A stretch of DNA of 64,000 nt from an uncultured Sphingomonas sp. (GTDB lineage: Bacteria > Pseudomonadota > Alphaproteobacteria > Sphingomonadales > Sphingomonadaceae), in assembly GCF_964243205.1 (NCBI RefSeq), contig NZ_CAXTEO010000012.1. The stretch is one strand, 5' to 3'. How positions within the stretch are numbered: position 1 is the first letter of the stretch; each line of letters starts with the position of its first letter. Of this stretch, positions 41,109-50,166 are shown in pieces. A program made the translations under genes and the position numbers. The notes beneath the pieces were generated by a model. It saw only the letters and a program-made list of their open reading frames with translations. It made no database searches and was not told the origin of the DNA.

Positions 41109-42471
41109 ACTGGCTCATGGCGCGACGGGCGATGTCGCCGACCGAGCGCGGGTCACCTCCCGCCTGCATAGTCCGCATCCCGCCTGCCTGCCGAAGATCT
41201 TTGAGGCCGTGGAAGGTCCGCCCGAGATTGAGTTCACCCTTGGCCGCACGCCCGCTCATCCCCCGTAGATACGCACCGGGTCGCTCCACCTCACCGGCCT
41301 GATATTTGCGTACGGTGGCGATGACGGAGGCGGCAGCTCCTCGCTGGCCCATGATCCGACATGCTTCGTGCCAGGCATGGCGATGGATGTGGTTCTGGTC
41401 GGCCAGCTTTTCGGCAAGATGGACCAGTCCCCCCCAACCGCGCCCGCCCAAACCGAACGCGCCACATAGCTCAGGCGTGACTGATTCGATGAAATCTGGA
41501 TCGACGCCGTGCTTTTCGAGGTCCTCCTCAACCTCCGACTGAGGGAGGGCCGACCTCACATCGTAATCCCTGCTACTTCTTATCGCCAAACCACTACTGC
41601 TAACTGCTTTAGCAGTTTGGGGTTGATTTGTAGTTGTAGAGTGGGTGCAATCGTTCACACCCGTGGGTGCAATATCATTAGATTCAACGCAATGATTGAG
41701 CGCTTCGCGCTCGAAAAGCGCAACGGCTAGCTTGCCCTCCAACGCCCTTCCACGCTCCTCGAGCTGCTCGACACAACCAGTTAGCAAGGCGATGTCGCGG
41801 ACATTGCGCATCTGTCGAGCAGCACTCTGCGCCAACGCAAGTTCCTCCTCTGCGCCGGTGCCGAGCACCAAGCCATCCAGTGCGGCCTGAGCGAGACTAG
41901 CTGTGCGCCGGCGGGCGGCCGTCAACCGGCGTTTCAGGGCGTCGATTTCCTCGTCCTCGCGCGCACCCCGTGCCGCAATCGCTCTGAACTCCTCCAGCCG
42001 GGTGCCGATCGGGCTGAGCACGATGCCGTAAGCCCATTTGATCGTGCCATCGGGCGCCCTAACGCCGCCGCGGTGTCCATTGGGACTGTCCTTATGGCTG
42101 ATGAGGCGAAGCGCGATCGCGCGGTCGAGCAGATTTTGCACCTGCCGCACCTTTAACCCCAACTTGCGCGCAAGCTTGTCGTTTCTGGGCCATACGATCG
42201 GTGTTGAAGCCGACCGCCAATCTTCGGGCTTTGTCCAGGCAAACAGAACATCGACGAGCTGTACGACGCTCGGGGGAATAGCGAGATAGACAGCCGCGCG
42301 TTTGAAGGCCGCGAGCGCCTGTCCCGGGCCGTTACCTTCCGGCAGGCCCCGGAATGCCTGAGCGAGCTGATCGGCAGATGCCGCAGCATTGTCGAAGCGT
42401 CGAAACCCTGCACCAGGACGATAGGCATAGGTCATCGTTCGGTAACTCCCCTTTGGAGCCCGTGCGGACAC
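41083..42471 (-). CDS. repC: Plasmid replication protein RepC
   Basis: PIVWPRNDKL, KDSPNGHR, YGIVLSP and VERPGAYLRGM motifs. Confidence 0.85.
   Translation of the reverse strand: MSARAPKGSYRTMTYAYRPGAGFRRFDNAAASADQLAQAFRGLPEGNGPGQALAAFKRAAVYLAIPPSVVQLVDVLFAWTKPEDWRSASTPIVWPRNDKLARKLGLKVRQVQNLLDRAIALRLISHKDSPNGHRGGVRAPDGTIKWAYGIVLSPIGTRLEEFRAIAARGAREDEEIDALKRRLTAARRRTASLAQAALDGLVLGTGAEEELALAQSAARQMRNVRDIALLTGCVEQLEERGRALEGKLAVALFEREALNHCVESNDIAPTGVNDCTHSTTTNQPQTAKAVSSSGLAIRSSRDYDVRSALPQSEVEEDLEKHGVDPDFIESVTPELCGAFGLGGRGWGGLVHLAEKLADQNHIHRHAWHEACRIMGQRGAAASVIATVRKYQAGEVERPGAYLRGMSGRAAKGELNLGRTFHGLKDLRQAGGMRTMQAGGDPRSVGDIARRAMSQFVLSGRSS
41560..41700. other. Putative oriV within repC
   Basis: AT-rich stretch mid-gene with GTGGGTGCAAT twice (41641, 41663); RepC origins typically lie inside repC. 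Confidence 0.5.
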
Positions 42472-42534
42472 ACAGCTACATGGCGCGGAACGCGTTTCGC
42501 TTGCGGAATGTGGGGCAATCGCTAGGAAGTGATT

Positions 42535-42590
42535 TCCACCTCGCTCCTAGTGAGCACCCCGAAAAGCCCGGCCCTGCGCCGGGTTTTTCA
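42535..42590 (+). ncRNA. Putative counter-transcribed RNA (ctRNA) of repC
   Basis: TTGCGG-N16-TAGGAA promoter-like site, small hairpin, then terminator GAAAAGCCCGGC..GCCGGGTTTTTC, antisense to the repC leader. Confidence 0.5.
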
Positions 42591-42755
42591 TGTCAGCACG
42601 GCTTCTCCCTGGCACTTTCATGGCGCCGGCTGGGCGTGCGTTATCTGCCGGCGACGCGGGACACTCGCATCGCGCCAGACCCAGCTGGGCCGAATCGAGA
42701 GGTGTCCCGCAACTCGATTGTTACGGGTGGGAGAGCGAACCGGCGCGGGCCCATA

Positions 42756-42864
42756 CTCGTGCTATCGGGCAGAACGCGGCGGAAATGCTCGTGCTTTCGA
42801 GCAGGCCGTCCATCGTGTAGCGACTGACGCTGCCGCAAGGACTCGTGCTTTCAGGCAGATCGTC
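42756..42864 (+). repeat. Iteron-like 23-bp repeats, cluster 2 (3 direct degenerate copies)
   Basis: CTCGTGCTATCGGGCAGAACG at 42756, CTCGTGCTTTCGAGCAGGCCGTC at 42788, CTCGTGCTTTCAGGCAGATCGTC at 42842. Confidence 0.85.
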
Positions 42865-43005
42865 TCGGATGACGTGCAATCTATTCCGGAGTCCGTAAAG
42901 TCTGGGCTGCCCGGACGCATTTTGAATGCGCATTATGACGATTGAGTGTAGAACGGTGAAGCATACACCCATTCGGCCACGCGCTATTCAAATGAGACAT
43001 ATTCG

Positions 43006-43296
43006 ATGCCCAAAAGTCTCCATCTCGAGGAGATTACACAGCCTGCTGCCGTTCTGTTTGGTGTGCGGCTGCGAAAGCGCCGGAGAGAGCTTGGACTAAC
43101 TCAGGCCCAGTTGTTCGAAAAGACTGGAATCGCGCCTGGTTACGTTTCCTACATCGAGAACGGCCGCGCGAACCCGACGATCGATATGATGGTGAAGTTG
43201 GCCGAGACCGTCGGATTGGAAATCTGGGACATGCTGCGGCCAGACGCTAAGCCAAGCGACATCAAATCCGGGCCGAAGCTGGATGAGGGGGATTGA
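43006..43296 (+). CDS. XRE family HTH regulator
   Basis: FGVRLRKRR...LTQAQL...YVSYIENGRANPT. Confidence 0.92.
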   Translation: MPKSLHLEEITQPAAVLFGVRLRKRRRELGLTQAQLFEKTGIAPGYVSYIENGRANPTIDMMVKLAETVGLEIWDMLRPDAKPSDIKSGPKLDEGD

Positions 43297-43390
43297 CCTC
43301 CTGAGCGTCGGTACACCCTGCTACACTGATATCCTTAGCGCTAAGGATGTGCTCCCGCTCAGCGTCGTGTCTTTCTGGCGCGTGGCGCGG

Positions 43391-44401
43391 TCAGTTGAAA
43401 CTATCGAACGTGTTGGGAAACAGGTTCACGATGTTCGTGTCACCGGAATCGCGGGTAAAGCTCTCGGGATCGATATAGGTGTCGGCAAAACAAGGGTGGA
43501 CCGTGCGATCGAAACATTCTCTTAGCCAGTTCACTGCAGCATGAATTGCTGGCGAGGGTTTTGCCTTGGAACGATATACGAGACGAAGTTCCCGCCTTAT
43601 TCTCAATTCTGGTGGCACTGGCGCCGCAGCACTTGTGATTTCGCTAACGAAGGTAGGCAAGGCGCCGATGCCGACTCCCCTTGCGACAGACCAAAGCTGG
43701 GATAGCGAAGAGTTGGTTCGCATCGCGACGAAGCCTTGGGGACGTTCCGTACCGATCAGAAAGTCGAGTAACTCCGAGCGCACGCCAGGACTAACATGCT
43801 CCACAATGCGATGGCTTTTGAGCGCGTCCATTGTTGAGGGGACACCGTGGCGCTGGATGTAGCTTTTGCTAGCATATGTAGCGAAATGGATTGTCGCGAG
43901 TTTCGAGGTAATGAGATCTGCCTGCGCTGGCTGTTCATACGTCAACCAGATATCGGCCTCGTGCGTTCGGTCACGCTCAAGGTTGTAGTCGAAATCCAGA
44001 CCAATGGTCATTTCGGGGAGGACCGCCTGCAGCCTCGACATCCGCGGCGTCAGCCACAGTGTTCCGATACCCTCGGTGCACGCGATTGTGAGCTGTCCCG
44101 GCTTCACAAGAACGTCCTTACTACTCTCCGCAAGATCCCACTCTGCGGCGTGGCCCATCGCCTCGCCAATGCGCAGAAGCTTCTCTCCGTCCTCGGCTAA
44201 CGCGATCCCGTTGGTGCTGCGACGTATCAAGGTTAGACCGAGCCTTGTTTCGATGCGCTCGATCCTCCGTCGTATTGTGTTGACCACGACCCCGTGATCT
44301 GCAGCAACTTTTCGCATGCTGCCGAGCCGCTGGATGGCTCGAAACAGCCTCACGTCGTCCCATTGCAGATCGACGAACTCCGCACGGTGTTCAGTGTTCA
44401 A
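43391..44401 (-). CDS. LysR family regulator (start uncertain; TTG 44401 proposed)
   Basis: WDDVRLF...GSMRKVA...TIRRRIERIETRLG HTH plus substrate-binding domain. Confidence 0.88.
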   Translation of the reverse strand: MNTEHRAEFVDLQWDDVRLFRAIQRLGSMRKVAADHGVVVNTIRRRIERIETRLGLTLIRRSTNGIALAEDGEKLLRIGEAMGHAAEWDLAESSKDVLVKPGQLTIACTEGIGTLWLTPRMSRLQAVLPEMTIGLDFDYNLERDRTHEADIWLTYEQPAQADLITSKLATIHFATYASKSYIQRHGVPSTMDALKSHRIVEHVSPGVRSELLDFLIGTERPQGFVAMRTNSSLSQLWSVARGVGIGALPTFVSEITSAAAPVPPELRIRRELRLVYRSKAKPSPAIHAAVNWLRECFDRTVHPCFADTYIDPESFTRDSGDTNIVNLFPNTFDSFN

Positions 44402-44506
44402 CCTTGGAACACGTGGTGCAACTTTTGTGATCCTGCCGCTCAGCCGCTTTCGCAATATTACCCTCCCGCAACGACGCCATGCGCGAGAACGTGCGAGGGA
44501 TATCAA

Positions 44507-45709
44507 ATGTTTCAAGATGTTGCCAATCCGACAAGCTCTGAACCGACCTCTTTCTGGGATGGTTGCTTCAACGAACGCATGGATACGCTCATCGCGCGAA
44601 ATCACCGGCGGCAAGTCCGGCTGCTGCGCCTCCCTCGCGACAACACCACGAAAATGATCGACAACGTGCGCGGTCTGCTGCCTTTGGCGGACCAGCTCCA
44701 CGTCGCCCGGATGCTCGAGAAGAACCCTGATATCGTCCGGTCTGTAATTGTCCCCGGGCATAGCGGGACCGCAGGCATTTTCGCCTACCTGCCGCTTAAT
44801 CCGTACGGAGCGTGGGCGCTGATGAACGGTCGGTATGACGGCAGCAAGCCCGATCCGGCTTGGATTTGCTCGGCAGGCGAAAAGCCGTCTGCGATCGCTA
44901 TCTGGCTGATCGTCGCGCCCGGGCTGCTGACCCGCATGTTCGAGCCGATCGCACGGCTCTTCCGTGAACTTTGTCCGGAAGGCTGCGCCATTTTCTCGTA
45001 CGGAGCGACGGATGCCTCCGCGAACATCCAGCGTGCGGTCGGTTTCCGGCCGGCCCGGGAGATGTTTCCCGGCGCTCCCGCCCACCTGGTCGCGGCATGC
45101 CCGGACACTGCTGTGCCGATCGATATAGCCCGAAACGTCGAAAAGGCCCGTCGTGGCCATGTGCACGTCCGCGCCGCACGCTCGATCGAGGACATGGCCA
45201 AAGTTTTCTCGGTCCGATCTGCCACCTTCCAAGCTGAGCAGGCATGCCCTTACGAGGAAGAGTTCGACGGCAATGATTTCTGCGCGACACAGCTTCTGGC
45301 TTATGTTGGTGACGATCCAGCTGCGTGCATTCGCATCCGCTATTTCGGTGATTTTGCAAAGCTCGAGCGCCTTGCCATTCGTCGCGAATACCGGAGCCGG
45401 AGCCTGTCACGCCCGTTGGTCGAGGCGGCGCTAGCCCACTGCGCGCGCAAGGGCTTCCGGCAAATTTACGGGCATTCACGCGCGGATTTGGTCGGATTTT
45501 GGCAGAGGCATGGGTTTGATGTCATTCCGTCGCGCCCGCGGTTTTGGTTTTCCGACGTTGAATATGTCGAGATCGTTGCGCAGCTGACCCCGGACCCACT
45601 TGAGATCCGGTTCGGGATCGACCCGATGATGGCCGTCAGGCCAGAAGGTAGCTGGGACCAACCTGGCCCGCTCGACATGTCGCTTGTCCGTTCCTCGCTA
45701 GGGGCATGA
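44507..45709 (+). CDS. Two-domain GNAT family acyltransferase
   Basis: ATG 44507 with GAGGGA RBS; C-terminal GNAT (EEFDGND, CIRIR, AKLERLAIRREYR, FWQRHGF); N-terminal ~210 aa unassigned. Confidence 0.82.
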   Translation: MFQDVANPTSSEPTSFWDGCFNERMDTLIARNHRRQVRLLRLPRDNTTKMIDNVRGLLPLADQLHVARMLEKNPDIVRSVIVPGHSGTAGIFAYLPLNPYGAWALMNGRYDGSKPDPAWICSAGEKPSAIAIWLIVAPGLLTRMFEPIARLFRELCPEGCAIFSYGATDASANIQRAVGFRPAREMFPGAPAHLVAACPDTAVPIDIARNVEKARRGHVHVRAARSIEDMAKVFSVRSATFQAEQACPYEEEFDGNDFCATQLLAYVGDDPAACIRIRYFGDFAKLERLAIRREYRSRSLSRPLVEAALAHCARKGFRQIYGHSRADLVGFWQRHGFDVIPSRPRFWFSDVEYVEIVAQLTPDPLEIRFGIDPMMAVRPEGSWDQPGPLDMSLVRSSLGA

Positions 45710-46029
45710 CTAGAGTGGCATCCCAACGTCAGCCGGAAGCGCCCGGACATAGCTTGGAATGGCGGTTGCGCGTTGCGGCCCATATCCGATCGTTGCTTCG
45801 CGCAGGGGGTCTGTCTGAGCAGGACCTAACCGAACGGGTCACACTTCCGGCCAAGCGGGTCGAAGCGATATTAGCTGGTCGTGTTGTCCCCGTGAGGGCC
45901 TGCGACCTCGACATCATCGCAGCCGTCCTCGGAACGGCCGCCTACACCCTTTTTCTGCCGGTTGACGCGCCGATCGAGGTCGTACCGTTCGAGATAATTG
46001 AACAGGGTGGATCGGGCCACGCCAAGTGA
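45706..46029 (+). CDS. XRE-like HTH protein
   Basis: ATGA coupling to the GNAT gene; IRSLLRAGGLSEQDL...LDIIAAVLG. Confidence 0.6.
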   Translation: MTRVASQRQPEAPGHSLEWRLRVAAHIRSLLRAGGLSEQDLTERVTLPAKRVEAILAGRVVPVRACDLDIIAAVLGTAAYTLFLPVDAPIEVVPFEIIEQGGSGHAK

Positions 46030-46512
46030 TAGCGCAACATCGGTCGTCGTTGCGCCCAGCTCGTTTAGTTTCGCACGGATCTCGGGGAGCATGTTGGGAT
46101 CGAGAAGGCGTTTACGGCCCGCTTGCGCCATTTCTTTCGGATGCGTCTTGATGCCGTGGATATGCCGGTAGTGGGTGTCCAAGGCGTCGAGCATGGTGTG
46201 CAACCGGTCTGCGCCATTGGGCTCTATGACGATCGCCGGGGAGCACAACTCCAGGCTTACCCCTCCCTTGAGCAGCTTTGCGACCGCCCGGATAAGCATG
46301 GGGGTCGTCAGAGAAAGGCACGAGAGATCGTGAACCTTGACGCGATCGCCAGCAGTGAGCCGAATTCCCCTGCGGGCCAAAATTTCGCCGAGTTGGCTGA
46401 ACGTTTTTCGCCCAGCAAAAACTTGGATGTCAACTTCTTTGAGGCACGTCTGTTGATCTCTGACGGAGGCCGAGCCCGGAGTTTCGGCGAGAAACGCGAT
46501 CGTCGTTGTCAA
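45871..46512 (-). CDS. Degenerate serine recombinase/resolvase-like protein with C-terminal HTH
   Basis: LTAGDRVKVHDLSCLSL, GRKR and DVALSLGVARSTLFNYL; lacks the YARVS motif; start uncertain. Confidence 0.65.
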   Translation of the reverse strand: MTTTIAFLAETPGSASVRDQQTCLKEVDIQVFAGRKTFSQLGEILARRGIRLTAGDRVKVHDLSCLSLTTPMLIRAVAKLLKGGVSLELCSPAIVIEPNGADRLHTMLDALDTHYRHIHGIKTHPKEMAQAGRKRLLDPNMLPEIRAKLNELGATTTDVALSLGVARSTLFNYLERYDLDRRVNRQKKGVGGRSEDGCDDVEVAGPHGDNTTS

Positions 46513-46757
46513 CCTTCTGCCCTTTGCCCGAGACGCCTCATCCTGAGAACGCGCGCTCGCACCACGCCGAACTCCCTTAAAGGGATGTTTTCTATGCGAC
46601 ACAGGGACATTGGGCAACCTCGTGTCCGCCCTTCAATTCGGCTGACCGCGCAGCGGCAAGCGGATCGCTAATCATGCGGACGCGACCCGAATGACTGTTG
46701 CCACCTTTGTCACTATCGATCATATTACATTATTGAACAGGCAACGGGACGGCAGTC

Positions 46758-47561
46758 ATGCTTCCAGTGGGTCTCACGGCAAAGGCGATTCAGCTCTGCG
46801 CAACAGGGTTTGGAACCGCTGTGAGCCCGGCTCCCGCGGCTTATGCAATCACGGTTCACACCGGTGCGACGCTACGCCAGGAGCCTGTCAACGCGGCAGA
46901 TGCCGAGGCAACGGTGCGGGACCTGATCGCGCTGGGCGCCGATTTTAATGCCGGCCCATTAAACATCTCAGGCCGTGACTTCGTGACATATGGCGTAACG
47001 TCCGGCTCGGTGTTCGACGCGTGCGCGCTTGCTCGAAGCGATGATGGGCAGAACCCTGGCGCTCCCTCGAGCGCACCCTCAGTGTCGAGCGTGGCAGCTC
47101 TCGTGCGCCGCGCCTTCGGCGCGCGCGTCACTGACACGATCCGGCCAATGAACGCGAGCTACGGCGCGCGGTATAGCTGGCACAAGTACGGCCAGGCGGT
47201 CGACTTTGTGCCAGCCGGCGGGGTCAACTCGATCGACCGCGCGCAGATCCGCGCGCTAATGGACCAGAGCGGCATCCGCCTGATCGAGCTGCTGGGGCCG
47301 GGTGATCGCGGTCATTCAAATCACTGGCATGTCGCCTTTGCACGCCCCGGCCAGGTCATTGACCGGGCCCGGCCAATCGAAGGGGACGAGGACTGGATCG
47401 TCAACGTCGCGCAAACCGACGTGCCGTCCTCGACGAGGCCCATCGATCCTGAGGTGTCTCGTGCGCCCGCCTCGGCCCTCGCGTCGGCGGTCAAAGCCCC
47501 GCCGCAGTGGGATGTATTCGCGAGCAATGAATGGCGCGCAGCTCATGGAGGTGGCTCATGA
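46758..47561 (+). CDS. VirB1-like N-terminus fused to an M15-type Zn peptidase domain
   Basis: SWHKYGQAVD and HWHV motifs; N-terminus resembles VirB1 at 47908. Confidence 0.6.
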   Translation: MLPVGLTAKAIQLCATGFGTAVSPAPAAYAITVHTGATLRQEPVNAADAEATVRDLIALGADFNAGPLNISGRDFVTYGVTSGSVFDACALARSDDGQNPGAPSSAPSVSSVAALVRRAFGARVTDTIRPMNASYGARYSWHKYGQAVDFVPAGGVNSIDRAQIRALMDQSGIRLIELLGPGDRGHSNHWHVAFARPGQVIDRARPIEGDEDWIVNVAQTDVPSSTRPIDPEVSRAPASALASAVKAPPQWDVFASNEWRAAHGGGS

Positions 47562-47911
47562 TCGGACGTTTGATGAAGAAGCTGGGAGGCGGCACGGCCG
47601 CGCTCGCGCTGTGCGCAGCCGGCGTCATCACGGTTGCAGCCCCGCAACCGGCCCATGCTTCGGATTGGGGGTGCCAGGTGGTCCTGTGCCTCGCCACCCC
47701 GGGTTCGCCGACCAAATATGCTGAGTGCGTCCCACCGATCACGAAGCTGTGGAACGCTCTGGCGTTGGGCGGCGGGTTTCCCTCCTGCACGGGGGTCGGC
47801 ATCAAAACGAAGTCGGCGAAGCACGGGTACACCATGACAGTCACGCAGACCGACGGCACGACATCGCGCTATTCGCTCGACACGCGCTACCAGACGGTAA
47901 CGCAGCAATGA
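47558..47911 (+). CDS. Secreted Cys-rich conjugation-associated protein (TrbM/KikA-like)
   Basis: Signal peptide; GCQVVLCL...ECVPP...FPSC; translationally coupled on both sides. Confidence 0.6.
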   Translation: MIGRLMKKLGGGTAALALCAAGVITVAAPQPAHASDWGCQVVLCLATPGSPTKYAECVPPITKLWNALALGGGFPSCTGVGIKTKSAKHGYTMTVTQTDGTTSRYSLDTRYQTVTQQ

Positions 47912-48507
47912 TCCACGCTGTCGCCGCCATCACCGTACTCGCGCAGCAGTGCGCGCCTGAGGTCGCAACCGAGGCGGTCGTTCCGCTGGTTGTGACTGAA
48001 AGTGGCGGCGACGATCTGTCGATCAACGTTAATCACGGGCCGCATGTCCGCGCCAGCACCGTCGCCAAAGGCGCTGCGCTGGTGCGCCGCTACATGGCAG
48101 CCGGCTACACGGTCGACGTGGGTCTGGCCCAAGTGAACTCGGCCAATTTCGCGCGGCTCGGCGTCACGGTCGAGCAGGCGCTCGAGCCCTGCACGAACCT
48201 GCGGATGGCCTCCTCGATGCTGCAGGAGGGCTATGGGCTCGCAAGCCGGCACTACAGCGGGTTGGACGCGATCTCTGCGACCTATTCGCTCTACAATACC
48301 GGCACGCTGACACGGGGCTTCCGCAACGGCTATGTCGGTCGCGTTTGGTCGGCCGCGAGCGGCATGGGCACGATCTCGGCCCCGCCAGCGATCCCAGGAT
48401 CGCCGTCTGCGGTGATCGTTGCTTCCAGCCCCACCAAGCCCGCGGTGGATAGCAATAGCTGGGTGGTCGGGCAAGTCGCTGCCAGCACCGTCGAGGTCTT
48501 CAAATGA
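47908..48507 (+). CDS. virB1: Lytic transglycosylase VirB1
   Basis: CAP, TESGG, DVGLAQVNS, PCTNL and YNTG motifs. Confidence 0.9.
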   Translation: MIHAVAAITVLAQQCAPEVATEAVVPLVVTESGGDDLSINVNHGPHVRASTVAKGAALVRRYMAAGYTVDVGLAQVNSANFARLGVTVEQALEPCTNLRMASSMLQEGYGLASRHYSGLDAISATYSLYNTGTLTRGFRNGYVGRVWSAASGMGTISAPPAIPGSPSAVIVASSPTKPAVDSNSWVVGQVAASTVEVFK

Positions 48508-49814
48508 GCGCGGATAACAGCGTCGCCCGGGGCGGACGCGATGTGGAAGCGCACGCCGAACAGGCTGCGTTCCAGATTCCCCCCGACCTGGCGACGCAAT
48601 ATCAGGTGCGGATCATCGAGCCGTCCGATGGCAGCCAGCAACGTATTGGCATGTTCCTCCCAAAGGACCGCGAGAACCCAACGATCGAGATCACCGGCGA
48701 CCGCATCGTCGCGCGGAATGAGGATCATGAGACAGTCTCGGCGCTGGTCAAGATTGCCAAACACAATGGGTGGGAGGGCATTGACGTCGAAGGCTCGCCG
48801 GAGTTTCGTCAGGCCGTCTCGACGGCCGCTTCGCGCGAAGGGCTGGCGGTCCGTGGCTATGAGCCGACGTTCGACGAACAGGCGCGAATGGAGGAGATGC
48901 GCCGCGCCGATGTGGACCGACGCGATCGTCAAACGGTTGAGAAATCGGCGCCAACGCCAGAGCAAGTGGCACCGAAGGCCGCTGTTGAAGTTGCAGCCGC
49001 GACGCTTCCCACGCGGTCTGCGAATGCGGATCGTGACGCGCGCGGGCAGGACCGATCGGCTGGAAGAACAGGCGCGGAGTTGTCGGACGGCGATCGCCGG
49101 CTGCTGTTAACGGTAAGCAGCTTCACCCAGGACCGGAAAGCGCTCTCGGAGAACGCGCGCGAGATTACGGACCCGATGGAGCGCGAGTTTCACTACGAGC
49201 GCCTCGATCTCAACCGGGAAGCGTTGGGTAGCGCGCTGGATCGAGCGCTGGAAAGCACGACGCTGGTCAGCGCCTTCTCCAAATCCGGGTATGAGCCCGG
49301 CGATCTTCGGCAGATGGCGCGCGACGGATCATGGGGCAGCGAGGTCGCGGACGCGATCTACCTCGTTCGTTCCGGCCTTAATCGGCATGACGTAGCGAGA
49401 GAGACAGTCGCGGCGTCCGTAGAGGCGGACCACGAAGACCAGCAGGTCGCCACATCGATCCGAGCGCCTGAACGGCAACCAGAGCCCGAGCCGAAGCGTG
49501 AGGAGCGCCAGCACGACGCCGCGGCCGAGCGGCGTCGTGAGAATGAGGAATTGGCTGAGCTGTTCCTGCACGGGGGAGCTGAGCGGATCGCGGCCGAACC
49601 ACGCCTTGCCAATGCGCTGCAGGCGCAGTCGGCGATGGAGCAGCATCTTGGTGCGGCTTTCGAGGAAGACGCGGACCGCATGACGTCCGCGAGCCTGGAG
49701 AGCCGTCAAATGATCTCGGACGTGCTGCGGCGCGGCCTGGATGTTTCGGTCCGTGAGCCGACGCCTGTTCGGCAGATCGAACCGATCCAACTCACCCCCG
49801 ACCTCGAGAGGTAA
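48504..49814 (+). CDS. LPD7-domain protein
   Basis: ALVKIAKHNGWEGIDVEGSPEFRQ...GYEP pattern. Confidence 0.75.
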   Translation: MSADNSVARGGRDVEAHAEQAAFQIPPDLATQYQVRIIEPSDGSQQRIGMFLPKDRENPTIEITGDRIVARNEDHETVSALVKIAKHNGWEGIDVEGSPEFRQAVSTAASREGLAVRGYEPTFDEQARMEEMRRADVDRRDRQTVEKSAPTPEQVAPKAAVEVAAATLPTRSANADRDARGQDRSAGRTGAELSDGDRRLLLTVSSFTQDRKALSENAREITDPMEREFHYERLDLNREALGSALDRALESTTLVSAFSKSGYEPGDLRQMARDGSWGSEVADAIYLVRSGLNRHDVARETVAASVEADHEDQQVATSIRAPERQPEPEPKREERQHDAAAERRRENEELAELFLHGGAERIAAEPRLANALQAQSAMEQHLGAAFEEDADRMTSASLESRQMISDVLRRGLDVSVREPTPVRQIEPIQLTPDLER

Positions 49815-49823
49815 ACTCAAGCC

Positions 49824-50165
49824 ATGGAGACCCGTATGAAGTTCACACGCCAGATGGGCCGGATGATGTCTGACCCCCGTGCCCGTCAACTCGTGGGCAT
49901 CGCAGGTGCGGTTGCCCTGATCGCAATCGCACAGCCCGCTCTCGCACAGAGCAGCGGTGGTACGTCGATCGAAACCGGCCTCGGTACGATCAAGTCGTGG
50001 ATGACCACGGTCGCCTCGGTTGTCGGCGTCATTGCAATCATGGCGGTCGGCTATGCCAAACTGACGGGCCGGATGGACTGGGGCAAGGCTGTCACGGTGC
50101 TGATCGGTATCGGCATCATCTTCTCCGCGACCACAATCGTCGGCTGGATGGGCGGGTCCGCCTGA
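49824..50165 (+). CDS. virB2: Pilin VirB2/TrbC
   Basis: PALAQ cleavage site, two TM segments, position in operon. Confidence 0.9.
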   Translation: METRMKFTRQMGRMMSDPRARQLVGIAGAVALIAIAQPALAQSSGGTSIETGLGTIKSWMTTVASVVGVIAIMAVGYAKLTGRMDWGKAVTVLIGIGIIFSATTIVGWMGGSA

Positions 50166-50166
50166 T

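Noticed and set aside
40935-42864. 23-bp repeats considered as a CRISPR array or IS ends
   Set aside because: Mixed orientation, irregular spacing, no cas or transposase genes; they flank rep genes
44402-45232. N-terminal extension of the 613-aa LysR ORF
   Set aside because: Overlaps the GNAT gene antisense; the LysR HTH begins near 44370
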